DNA of 32,000 nt, taken from positions 990,001 through 1,022,000 of the forward strand of contig NC_015722.1 in NCBI RefSeq assembly GCF_000219355.1, given 5' to 3'. The notes under the pieces were generated by a model. That model saw nothing but the letters and a program-made list of their open reading frames with translations, made no database searches and was not told where the DNA came from. Position numbers and translations under genes: made by a program. Shown here piece by piece: positions 1 to 9,535 of this stretch (position 1 is its first letter; every line of letters begins with the position of its first letter). The stretch comes from Candidatus Midichloria mitochondrii IricVA (GTDB taxonomy: Bacteria > Pseudomonadota > Alphaproteobacteria > Rickettsiales > Midichloriaceae).

Positions 1-165
1 TGCTTCGATTGCTGCAGTTAATTCCATACGATTATTTGTGGTATTTTCTTCAAAACCAGATATTGCCTTAGTAGTATCTTTCCAGATTAAAATTGCTCCC
101 CACCCACCTTTCCCAGGATTACCTGAGCACGCGCCATCACAATATATTTTTAGAATATCAAACAT
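1..165 (-). CDS. rnhA: Ribonuclease HI, N-terminal ~55 codons (gene runs off the left edge of the window)
   Basis: Not in the ORF track because it is edge-truncated. The reverse-strand ATG is at 163-165. Translation [55 protein letters not shown] shows the RNase H pattern (DGAC.GNPG..GWG, then NNRMEL.A). Confidence 0.85.
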   Translation of the reverse strand, partial: MFDILKIYCDGACSGNPGKGGWGAILIWKDTTKAISGFEENTTNNRMELTAAIEA

Positions 166-221
166 AAAATTTTTATTGTAATTGTATTTTAATTAAGTTA
201 AGCATTGATCGAAAATTTTTT

Positions 222-502
222 ATGTCAAATAAAATTACCAAAAATTGCAACTTTACATTCAATAAAAATTGAACTTGAAGGAGGGAGTAGCTATTATCGG
301 TGCTCTTGTGGCTTTAAGTAATAGTCAACCATTTTGTGATGGTTCTCATAAAGATACAGGGTTTTTACCTATTGAATATAAAACGGAAGAGAGTAGAATT
401 ATGGGGTTCTGTGGTTGTAAATATAGCAAAAAAGGAGCTATATGCGACGGTAGTCATAAATTATTAGAAAACTTTGAAGAGAAATATGAGATATTTGAAT
501 AA
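222..502 (+). pseudogene. CDGSH iron-sulfur domain protein; the two-domain form is broken by two +1 frameshifts. The 77-aa ORF 269..502 keeps only the second complete CDGSH motif.
   Basis: ATG at 222 gives MSNKITK and then stops at 270. Shifting frame at the A5 run 240-244 gives KIATLHSIKIELEGGSSYYRCSCGFK, which stops at 319. A further +1 shift at 316-317 joins SNSQPFCDGSHK. The CxC ligands of domain 1 are therefore out of frame with their CDGSH motif. Domain 2 (GFCGCKYSKKGAICDGSH) is intact. Confidence 0.6.
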
Positions 503-1832
503 ATTGATGAACTTGCTTAAATTTTTAAGTTTTATTTTGTTTTTTTGTATCGGTGGAGCATTGGCAAGTAATGTAACCTCTTCTAGTAAAGAAAATGGGG
601 GCTTCAAGTTATTCAACACCGTCTTTAATATTGTGAAATTAGAATACGTTGAATATTTAAGTGATGCTAAGATTTTTGAATATGCCGCCCAAGGTTTGTT
701 ATCTCTATTGGATCCTCATTCTGCTTATCTAAGTCCCAAATCCTATCAAGAAATGAAGAATTCTACTAAGGGGGAGTTTGGGGGCTTGGGTATGGAGCTG
801 ACTATGGAAAATGGGATTATAAAAGTTATTTCACCATATGAAGATTCTCCGGCATATAAAGCTGGGATAAGGGCTGGAGATTACATAACTATGATTGATG
901 GTAAATTAGTTAAGGGAATGAATTTAGGTGAAGCTAGTGAAAAATTGAGAGGAGAGCCGGGCACTAAAATTTCTTTAAAAATTTATCGGGATTCGGCTGG
1001 AGTTATTGACGTAAATTTAGAAAGAGAAATTATAAAAATAACTCCGGTAAGAAGTAAAACGATAGCTGCGGGAACTGTTGGCTATATTAAAGTTTCTATG
1101 TTTAACAATAAGGCTGCGAGCACTGTTAAAAAGGATTGGCTTACTATGATTAAAAATAACCCTAATTTGTTAGGATTGGTTCTTGACCTTAGGTCTAACC
1201 CTGGTGGTGTACTTGCCCAAGCTAAAGAGGTTGCAGATCTATTTTTAGTTGGAGGTGATATAGTAACTGTTGGCTCTAGAAATTCAGAGTATAATCAAGT
1301 TCTAAAAGCTAATGGAGAAGATATAACAAAAGGTCTACCAATTGCGGTAATAATTAACTCTGGTTCTGCTTCTGCGGCTGAGATTGTTGCTGGAGCTTTG
1401 CAAGATAATAAAAGAGCTTTAGTGGTAGGGGTAAAATCGTTTGGCAAAGGGTCAGTGCAAAAAGTTATACCGTTATTCAACGGTGCTGCTGTTAAGATTA
1501 CTACCTCACTTTATTATACTCCCTCAGGCACATCAATACAGGCCCATGGCATAGTTCCAGATATAGTAGTTCCAGAAGCGACTATTAAACCACTAGATAA
1601 GAGGGGAATTGCAGTATCAGAATCTTCGTTAATTGGCCATATTTCTAAGAAGCCAAATACTTCTAGTGTATTAATTAACTCTGATAATAATAATGGGCTA
1701 ATGCTTTCTTCGTTATTTGATTCTGAAGAATCTAATGATTTTCAACTTTTAAGAGCTGCGGATGTAGTGAAATCTATGTCTTTATATAAGAAAACTACTG
1801 TCGAGAATAACAATGCTAAGAAAATTAAATAA
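486..1832 (+). CDS. ctpA: Carboxy-terminal processing protease (S41 family, PDZ domain)
   Basis: ORF 474..1832; the first ATG is at 486 and 474 is TTG. It has an N-terminal signal/TM segment, a PDZ-like stretch (GLGMEL..NGIIKVISPYEDSPAYKAGIRAGDYITMIDG), and S41 motifs LDLRSNPGG and NSGSASAAEI. Confidence 0.9.
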   Translation: MRYLNKLMNLLKFLSFILFFCIGGALASNVTSSSKENGGFKLFNTVFNIVKLEYVEYLSDAKIFEYAAQGLLSLLDPHSAYLSPKSYQEMKNSTKGEFGGLGMELTMENGIIKVISPYEDSPAYKAGIRAGDYITMIDGKLVKGMNLGEASEKLRGEPGTKISLKIYRDSAGVIDVNLEREIIKITPVRSKTIAAGTVGYIKVSMFNNKAASTVKKDWLTMIKNNPNLLGLVLDLRSNPGGVLAQAKEVADLFLVGGDIVTVGSRNSEYNQVLKANGEDITKGLPIAVIINSGSASAAEIVAGALQDNKRALVVGVKSFGKGSVQKVIPLFNGAAVKITTSLYYTPSGTSIQAHGIVPDIVVPEATIKPLDKRGIAVSESSLIGHISKKPNTSSVLINSDNNNGLMLSSLFDSEESNDFQLLRAADVVKSMSLYKKTTVENNNAKKIK

Positions 1833-2330
1833 TTATATAACTTTGTTTTTCATTACTGTACTTATTACAGTAGGTTCAAAAGAGGCCACCCCAGTCCAAT
1901 TACAGGATTTAGACATCGAGAAGTTTAATGATATTATGTCAAATAAGCAGCCGATCACTTTGCTATTTATTTTTACTTCATGGTGTAAAGCCTGTAAAAG
2001 CTCTATTCCTGAAGTTTTAGAGCTGGGAGCTAAATATAAGGCTGGTAATAAGGTGGAGGTTATTATGCTGGCTTTAGATGAGAATGTTAATAATTTGAAA
2101 GGACTAGTTGCTACTTATAAAGGATATGAAGATAAGTTTTATTACTTTAATGAGGCTGAAAGAAAAAAATAGGCTTAGCTCTTTTTAATAATGGAATAAA
2201 GTACCGTGGCACTATACCGCACGTTACTATATTTCATAACAATAGAGTTATCGCTGATGATAATTATGAAATACAGTCAGTGAAAAATTTCATCGCTTAT
2301 TTGTGTGAAAAAGAATCCTCTTTGAAGTGA
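1813..2330 (+). CDS. Thioredoxin-fold thiol:disulfide oxidoreductase (TlpA/ResA-like), interrupted by a frameshift in an A7 run
   Basis: ORF 1813..2172 has a signal/TM segment and a WCKAC (CxxC) motif, and ends AERKK-stop inside the A7 run 2163-2169. The next frame continues (I)GLALFNNGIKYRGTIPHVTIFHNNRVIADDNYEIQSVKNFIAYLCEKESSLK to TGA at 2328-2330. This supplies the expected cis-Pro (IPH) strand and C-terminal helix of the fold. Confidence 0.7.
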
Positions 2331-2399
2331 TAATAGCATTTGATCTATTCCTAGTATCAGTTATTGTAATAAGAAGGATATTCTATTTTCAGAACCGCA

Positions 2400-3443
2400 A
2401 TGAAAAATTTAGACTTAAAAAAAGTTGATAGACACTTAAATCATGAAGATAACGATAGACTTCATGTTTATATTTTCTGGTGCTTTATTATAGTTTTTAT
2501 GGTTGCGGGAGTTTTTTTGTTTTTTAATGATACAAAGGAAAAGGTAGAAGATAAATCTCCAATTAGTATATTATCTCCGACAACAGCGCCCTCTACTAAT
2601 GAAGTATCAAATGACTACGAGGGTAAGGATATAAATACAATGCAGGAAAAAAATAATATCGAGCCAGCGATTAGTTTAGTCATCGCTAACCTTGGGTTGA
2701 ATAAAAAAGGTAATGAGTGGGTTTATAATTTACCAAAAGAGGTAGTTTTAGGCTTTTCTCCATATGCTGATGAAGTTTCTGGGCTAATTGATGAGGCGGA
2801 TAGGAGGGGGTATGAGACGATATTGCACATTCCCATGCAGCCTGCTAATTATCCATTTGTTAATTTAGGGCCTTATTGTTTGCTTGATAGCTTTGATGAT
2901 AAAGAAAATATATCTCGTACTGACGCTGTATTAGCTAAGTCCAGTAAGATTAAAGGAGTTTATACTAGTCCTGATGAAGTCTTTACTGAGTCAGAAAGTG
3001 ATTTAAAGACTTTCTTAAATGAGTTAAATTTTAAATCAATTGGAAGAAGTAAGTTTTTATTTCTTTATCATGATGAAAAAGTTATTAAGCAGATAGATTC
3101 TTATGCAAAGAGCCTAGGTTTACCTAGAGTTGTAGCAGAAAAAATTGATATATCTGTTCCAGATGATGTAGATTTAAAGGAGCTAAAAAAGAATTTTCAG
3201 TATGCAGAGTCTATTGCTAAATCCAGGGGTGGAGCTATTATATTAATATATTCAGATGCAAATTATACCGATCATGTATTTGAGTGGTTGAGTAAATTGT
3301 CAAAAAATGGTATAAAGTTAATTCCTATTGATGCTTTATTTAAACGTTCAAGAGATCATGATCATAAAGAAGAGATCCTTTTTATGATTAATGACAAAAA
3401 GAACAAAGACGATTCCAAGATCAGTAATGCAGTCCAGCCTTAA
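2400..3443 (+). CDS. Divergent polysaccharide deacetylase family protein (YibQ-like), N-terminal TM anchor
   Basis: 347-aa ORF with a TM helix (VYIFWCFIIVFMVAGVFLFF). The blocks ISLVIANLG, GFSPYA and ETILHIPMQPANYP match the YibQ/PF04748 pattern as I remember it. Confidence 0.7.
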   Translation: MKNLDLKKVDRHLNHEDNDRLHVYIFWCFIIVFMVAGVFLFFNDTKEKVEDKSPISILSPTTAPSTNEVSNDYEGKDINTMQEKNNIEPAISLVIANLGLNKKGNEWVYNLPKEVVLGFSPYADEVSGLIDEADRRGYETILHIPMQPANYPFVNLGPYCLLDSFDDKENISRTDAVLAKSSKIKGVYTSPDEVFTESESDLKTFLNELNFKSIGRSKFLFLYHDEKVIKQIDSYAKSLGLPRVVAEKIDISVPDDVDLKELKKNFQYAESIAKSRGGAIILIYSDANYTDHVFEWLSKLSKNGIKLIPIDALFKRSRDHDHKEEILFMINDKKNKDDSKISNAVQP

Positions 3444-4999
3444 AAGAGTAGTTGATTTTTTTTGTTATAACATAAGAACCTGTTATTCATTTAGAGTTAT
3501 ATGCGCCATCTTTAGTGGGGTATTGCTTACTTTGGCATTTGCTCCTTTTAATTTTATATATGCGGTTCTATTTTCTTTCTTATCTTTTATATATTTAATC
3601 GAATTCAGTGCCACAGATAAAGTTCTGAAGAGATTTTTTCACAGGCTTTGCTTATGGTATGGGGCATTTTCTCACCAGCCTATATTGGATTTCTTATTCT
3701 TTATTGTTTGAACCGGAAAAGTTTGCTTGGCTAATTCCTTTTAGTGTAGTTTTAATACCTGCACTGATGTCTTTTTTTATCGGTCTATTTACTATTTTTA
3801 TATCCTATTTCATAAACAAGAATGGAGATAGAATATTAATTTGTTTGATTTTTGCGAGTGGCTGGAGTGTGACAGAATTAGTTCGTGGTCATGCCATATT
3901 TGATTTTCCTTGGAATCTATTAGGATATACCGGAGCATCTTTTGAGTATTTTTCACAAATTGCTTCTATCATAGGTGTTAGAGGAATGGGCTTTCTTATC
4001 GCGCTTGCTGCTGTTATTCCCTATACTAAAAAACTATCACCTATTTTAATTACATATTGCTGTATAGGTATATGCTTTCTTTATGGCTATCATAGGCTTA
4101 CTGAACAACAGGCCGCGGATGTTAATGACCAAATTATAAAATTAAGGCTTGTTCAGCCAAATTTTCAGCAGGTTCATTTTGGAGATGAAGAGAAAAGACT
4201 GGAATTTTTGCTCAGGCTTATTGAGATGTCTAATGAAAACGGATATCAAGATCGTGATTTGACCATATGGCCAGAATCTGCTTATCCTTTTTTGATTAAT
4301 AATAATCGAGGATTGTTCGAAGTTCTAGGTAAAGTCGTAAAGTCAGATTCTGCATTGGTCTTTGGTGCGGATAGGTACGTAGACCACCTTAAGAAAAGTT
4401 ATCTTTTTAATTCAATGATATCTATTTCTAAAGCTGGGCGTCTAGTTGACTATTACGACAAAAAAATTCTTGTGCCGTTTGGAGAGTATATGCCTCTTAG
4501 GAAATTTTTACCTATTTTGAAAAAGGTAGCCAGCGGGGCTTCAGACTTCTCAAAGGGTGACGCTTTTAGCCTACTACATGTTGATCAAGTTGGTAAGGTT
4601 ATGCCGTCGATTTGCTTTGAAATTGCGTTTGATTCGTTATATAATAGAGAGTTAGTCAAAAATGCATTATTTATTTTAAATATTACTAATGATTTATGGT
4701 TTGGTGATAGTATAGGGCCGTATCAGCACTTTACTATGTCAAGGATAAGGGCTATAGAGTATGGGCTTCCTCTAGTTAGGGTTGCTAATACTGGTATTTC
4801 TGCAGTCATAGATTGTTACGGACGTATTCTTTCAATTTGTGAGCTAAATGCCGCCGTAGTTGAAGACTTTAATCTGAGAGTAACTCGTGCGTTTTCGATT
4901 TATACTGAGTATAAGTTGAAAATGGTAATACTAGCTCTTATAGGGCTAATTATGGCCATTGCATCTGTCACTTTTTTATTAAAGGTGAGGAAATATTAA
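3427..4999 (+). CDS. lnt: Apolipoprotein N-acyltransferase, split into two ORFs by a frameshift in a T6 run
   Basis: ORF 3391..3711 holds the N-terminal TM helices (likely start MQSSLKR at 3427). ORF 3659..4999 holds the CN-hydrolase domain (WPESAYPF, KKILVPFGEYMP, PSICFEIAF, NITNDLWFG). Dropping one T from the run 3634-3639 gives the continuous reading ..KRFFTGFAYGMGHFLTSLYW. Confidence 0.85.
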
Positions 5000-5092
5000 A
5001 GTTCTATTAAAAAAAATGTAGTACTGACTAGATTTTGCGTATGATTTCTGTATTAATATACAGGTAACTTATTGGGAAGGTTGAAGTTTATT

Positions 5093-5578
5093 ATGTCTGA
5101 AAAAGAAAAAGATTCAGGAGCTCGTTTTATAGATTTAAATGTTGAATCAAAGTTACGAGACAAAAAAATTGAAAAAGATACAGGTGCTCATTATGTAGAT
5201 TTACATGTTGGAGCAAAGCTGAGAGAGAAAAGGAGGGAAAAGGGAGTGAGTCAAGATGAGCTTGCTAAGGCTGTTGACTTAACTTTTCAGCAGGTGCAAA
5301 AATATGAAAAAGGCTTAAATAGAATAAGCTGCAGTAAATTGCATGATTTTGCTAGGTATTTGAAAACTGATATTAGATACTTTTTTCAGGGTTTAGGTGA
5401 TGTTTTTTACCCTTTTGCAGAGAATACTAGTTATTCTCTAGGGGAAGTCGATTTTGACTTTAATAAAGAAGATATAAATGCTGAAATAGTTGAATTAGTA
5501 AAAGCATTTAAAAGTATAAAAGATCCAAAGATACGATATAACATATTGAATTTGGTGAAATCGCTTGCTTGGCATTAA
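5093..5578 (+). CDS. XRE-family helix-turn-helix transcriptional regulator
   Basis: ORF 5072 (TTG)..5578; the first ATG is at 5093. HTH core: VGAKLREKRREKGVSQDELAKAVDLTFQQVQKYEKGLNRISCSKLHDFARYL. The N-terminus carries a 22-aa tandem duplication (see the repeat feature). Confidence 0.8.
   Translation: MSEKEKDSGARFIDLNVESKLRDKKIEKDTGAHYVDLHVGAKLREKRREKGVSQDELAKAVDLTFQQVQKYEKGLNRISCSKLHDFARYLKTDIRYFFQGLGDVFYPFAENTSYSLGEVDFDFNKEDINAEIVELVKAFKSIKDPKIRYNILNLVKSLAWH
5105..5236 (+). repeat. Two tandem 66-bp units inside the 5' end of the XRE regulator gene
   Basis: Unit 1 (5105-5170) encodes EKDSGARFIDLNVESKLRDKKI. Unit 2 (5171-5236) encodes EKDTGAHYVDLHVGAKLREKRR. They are in frame, with 12/22 identical residues and the rest conservative. 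Confidence 0.8.
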
Positions 5579-5695
5579 CACATTTTGATTTCTTATTATA
5601 ATTTTGAAAAGCATCTAAACTGCTTATATCCTTGAATTATAGTAGGGAGTATTGAGTCTAGGAATTTAAATATGAAAGATTTGCATAAAGCACTT

Positions 5696-6434
5696 GGCAA
5701 TGCCTGGTAATTATAGACGGCAACAAGATGGTATGATATCTTCATAGTAGAATTGGTGAAGTAGAAATGACAATCAAGTGTAAATATTGCGGCTCTAGCG
5801 AGCAGGTGAAGAATGGTGTGGTATAGGGACAGCAAGAGTTAATAAGGGGTGCAAGAATTGCAAAAAGAATTACCGAGAAGTGATAAGGCGGCAGAAATAC
5901 ACTATGAATGATAGACTTAAAACCTAACCTTGAGGACTGCGGGATTAGGACGATAGAGAGACTGACTGGAATCCATAACAGCCAAATATCTTCATGGATC
6001 GAAGGACGGGGGGCGCTATGTGCAAGAAAAGTTAGATAAGAGCTGCAGCAGCACAAAGTCACTTAAGGATATCGAGGTCCTAGAGATTGACGAGCTGTGC
6101 ACATATAGAATGGAAGTGGGAGTACACCTTTATATGGATTGCTGTTGATAGAGGAGCGGGTGAAATTATTGATTTTGAAGGTAGGTGACGGGAGCAAGGC
6201 AACCCACCTGAACCTGTCATTTAGGCTTTGAGGAACGTTATAAATGAGCATGTACAGATGATTACAGCGTTTATGAATACTACAAAAATCTCCACGCACC
6301 ATAACAAAACAAAGGCTGGGACATCAATTATTAATATTCTTAAGGTTATGTTCTTTGGCGCCCTTTATAGATATAAAACCGTGCATTTGCTCTTCTACTT
6401 TATTTTTTTAAGGATGGAGTATGGTAGCAATGCC
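5696..6434 (+). mobile_element. Degenerate IS1-family insertion sequence, copy 1 (multiple stops/frameshifts, internal deletions)
   Basis: The left end GGCAATGCCTGGTAATTATAGAC recurs at 22368. It encodes an InsA-like zinc finger (MTIKCKYCGSSEQVKNGVV-stop) and an InsB-like stretch (IEVLEIDELCTY...FIWIAVDRGAGEIIDFE). The right end ..GGTAGCAATGCC resembles the inverted left end. The minus-strand ORFs 5742..6062 and 6063..6302 are antisense shadows. Confidence 0.7.
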
Positions 6435-6482
6435 TCTTCTTATATTCAACTAAATTCTTTTTGGCAAAAATAAATATTATTT

Positions 6483-7417
6483 AACCCCAGTTTGAGGTAA
6501 GTTTTAAAGAAATTATCTGATATGGCTTCAAAGAAGCTGTGTAACCATTAAGTTTCTCTCAATTTCACGATAAATAAGGAAAGTGGTTCCCCTAGTAGAA
6601 ATATTTTGTTTGATTGATGATTTTTGCAAGCGACAACTCACGTACCAAAGATCCTTAAGAAACTCGCAGAGACAAAGGGAACGAGAGTCTGGGATGATGC
6701 TTTCCGAAGTTATAACGATCCTCGTTTTGTTTCATTTGAGGGCATTACCGGATTCAAAGATTTTTACCTAAACTGTGTTCAAATCTCTCTCAGAGAGGAA
6801 TTGCCGAAGCTTATCAGCTACAATCGCTTTGTTGAGCTGATGCGAGACGCGGTCATCCCGTTGGTCATTCTGCTGAATTGCTGCAAAGGGAAACAAACAG
6901 GTACGTTGACTCAACAAAAAGCTGGAAGGTTTGTCATAACTCACGTACTAGCCGTAATAAGGTCCTTAAAGGCATCGCTCAGCGTGGGAAAACGTCGACC
7001 CGGATGGTTCTTTGGCCTCAATGATCAAGGAGAGATTATGTCATTCACACTGACTTCGGGTAATACAGATGATCGAGCCGTTGTCGAAAAACTGACTCAA
7101 TATTTGACAGGCCTTCTATTCGGAGATCGGTGGTATATAAGCAAAAACACTGAGCAATCAAGGTATTGAGCTCATCACACGGCTTAAGAAAAACATGAAA
7201 AACAAAACCCGCTTGCGGCTTTTAAACAACTGCTTCTTGCAGGGCGTGGGTTGATTGAAACAGCCATCGGACAATTGAAAGAGATTTGACAAATCCAGCG
7301 CCACGGCATCACTTGCCAAACAATTTCTTGGCAGGGCTCTTGGCTTATGTCTTCAAACCCAATATATCTCATGGAAAAATAGGCTCACGGGCATACTCCT
7401 TACGTCAAACTGAGGTT
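6483..7417 (+). mobile_element. IS982-family insertion sequence, copy A (transposase broken by several frameshifts)
   Basis: Terminal inverted repeats: AACCCCAGTTTGAGGTAAG (6483-) and CTTACGTCAAACTGAGGTT (-7417). Transposase fragments across frames: MVPLVEIFCLIDDFCK, LSEVITILVLFH, GFKDFY..SYNRFVELM, RYVDSTK..VCHNSR, RGKTST, GWFFGL, NDQGEIMSFTLTSGNTDDR, LITRLKKNMKN. Boundaries are +/-3 nt. Confidence 0.8.
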
Positions 7418-8913
7418 ATACTTAGCAAATTGTGGCAGAGTATTATTATCTTTAGAGAGGGAATCAATTTCATGGTACCACTCATAATTATTGCATATAC
7501 CTTGACTATAACTCTTAATGACTTCTTTGATAATCCAAGCAGTAAGTCCCACTCCTGAATTCAAAGCTATTGATCGTAATGCATCTAAATTTAGGGGTTT
7601 AGATTGTTCTTTTGCATAATATTTCATAGCTTCAATTATAGTAACAGTAATAGTCGCAGTAGCAATAAATAGCAAAATCAGCTATCGACCAACAAATAAG
7701 CGGTGCAACTATTGATGGATTCTTTAAAGATAGCTCATGAGGTTTATCTAATTGATTTAATACCTCTTTTTCTTGAGACATATAAGCAAAATCTCCAGCA
7801 CTCAGAATAGCTTTCTTATCATCTAGTAAGCTCTTACCACAATAATCTAATACTCTCTCAAATATCTTTCCATTACCAGATATAGCTGCTAACTGTAGCA
7901 AATTAGGGTTAGTCATTACCGCACTCTTCGGCAACTGAGGGGTATGTTTTGTTATAACAGTGTTCAAGGCTTCTATATCATGCTTCATGACTGCATTTAC
8001 TGCGGCTATTTTACTTTCATAATTAAGAACAAATTCAATTTTGGCAACCCTAACTTCAAATTCTTTTAGTTTTATACCCGTAACTTCTAAGTCTTCTTTG
8101 TCCAATTCACCCTCATTTAGTAGATTTGCTTGACGCATAATAATCTCTTGAAATTCTTCTCTAACTTCATAGTTAGGAGTAACAAATACACAAGAGAGTT
8201 TATTGCAACTAGTAGCGGTTAGGTAGCCTTCATAAAATAATAAATGCGAGGACAGCTCTTCTAGAATATAACGATACTTGCCATTCTCGTTTTCATACTG
8301 CCGGATCAACGAAATGCTACGAACGAATCCAAACTCTTGCTCTTTACCAATTATTAAGGCTGCAGCTTTATCTGCTAATTTCTTGGTGAATCCAATACGT
8401 AATATCTTTTCAAGCATTACCCTGGATCCGCTATTTACCCAATAACTCTGTGGAATCAAGGCAGGATCTTGTTTCAAATAATGATGAGACATAAAGGTCT
8501 CATGAATCTGAGATTTTAGCTGTTCTGTAATTTTTTGCAAAGAATGATCACCGATGTCCTTAAGAGGAAAATCGATTACTGGATATTTCCCTTGGTGACT
8601 CATGTATTTACCACCCTTCTACATCAGCTATCTTAAGCCTGTTGTAATGTGCGATACTTCCATTACCTAAGACTGCCTGGCCGCCTATAAATAATACTCT
8701 ATTTGAATTATTTATAACTGGGTCGCCATATTGGTCAACTTCAACATTTAAAAATCTCTTCAGCATATCAAAGTTTAGAGATTTACCCCACCTTCTCGGC
8801 CTGGTGATTGGCGTTAAATACGACTTAAGGTCTATAACATGCTGTATAAAGAGAGACTTATCTACATAAATCTCGCTGTCAGTGATAAAACTTTTTAAAG
8901 TCGTCTCTGCCAT
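7418..8913 (-). pseudogene. AAA-ATPase-like (PF09820-type) protein gene with stop/frameshifts; 3' end cut by IS982 copy A
   Basis: ORF 8608..8913 reads YVDKSLFI...TRPRRWGKSLNFDMLKRFL, the RPRR(F/W)GKS hallmark, and ends at TAA 8605-8607. The family continues in another frame (7632..8603: GKYPVIDFPLKD, QSYWVNSGS). A further frame change near 7680 leads into a hydrophobic tail (7400..7675), which runs into the IS982 end at 7417. Confidence 0.6.
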
Positions 8914-9221
8914 ATCTGTTTCTTATCATTTTTGTATTCTAACATTAATTATCGTAACGGATTATAGCAGTACTTAAATAAATGTCAGCTCTGTTACACC
9001 TATTCAACAAGAGGTAGCCTGGTGTTCTTTAAACTTTAAAAATACGATTCTTGATAATCAGTTAATATTGATAATGCTACCTTTCTTTCAGTGTCCGAAC
9101 AAAATTTATACTAAGAACCGATTTACTTTTTCGAGTAATTGTTATATGTTGCCAAGCCAATAGTAATTATTTATCTGCCCTATTTGAATTAGGGTATAAT
9201 TTTAGAAAAAGGTGACGGATT

Positions 9222-9530
9222 ATGTCAAGAGTATGTAATATCAATGGTAATAAAGCTGTGATGTCTGGAAACAATGTTTCTCACTCTAACCGCAAGACCA
9301 GGCGTAGGTTTTTGCCTAATATCCAAAGCTTTGCTCTTTGGAGCGATGCGTTAAACAGGGTTGTAAGATTATATATGACAACTAGTGGAGCAAGGACCGT
9401 CGAACATAATAATGGCATAGACAATTATTTGCTCTCAACAGCAAATAGCAAGCTCACAAAAGCTGCTTTGCTTATCAAAAAACAAATTAAAAGCGCTATA
9501 GCAAAAAAGAATCCTGAATTAAATGCTTAA
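9222..9530 (+). CDS. rpmB: 50S ribosomal protein L28
   Basis: MSRVCNINGNKAVMSGNNVSHSNRKTRRRFLPNIQ matches the L28 N-terminal signature. A GGTGA Shine-Dalgarno-like sequence lies just upstream. Confidence 0.9.
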   Translation: MSRVCNINGNKAVMSGNNVSHSNRKTRRRFLPNIQSFALWSDALNRVVRLYMTTSGARTVEHNNGIDNYLLSTANSKLTKAALLIKKQIKSAIAKKNPELNA

Positions 9531-9535
9531 ATAAA

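Noticed and set aside
5596-6473. ORFs 5596..5835(-), 5742..6062(-), 6063..6302(-), 6228..6473(+), and their counterparts 22276..22695(-) and 22686..23021(-).
   Set aside because: They lie antisense to, or out of frame within, the degenerate IS1-family copies. Their recurrence simply reflects the repeated IS sequence.
9051-9075. Direct repeat TTGATAAT ... TTGATAAT (17-bp spacing) upstream of rpmB, as a possible operator.
   Set aside because: It is an 8-bp AT-rich repeat in a 300-bp AT-rich spacer, easily produced by chance, and has no supporting symmetry or conservation evidence.
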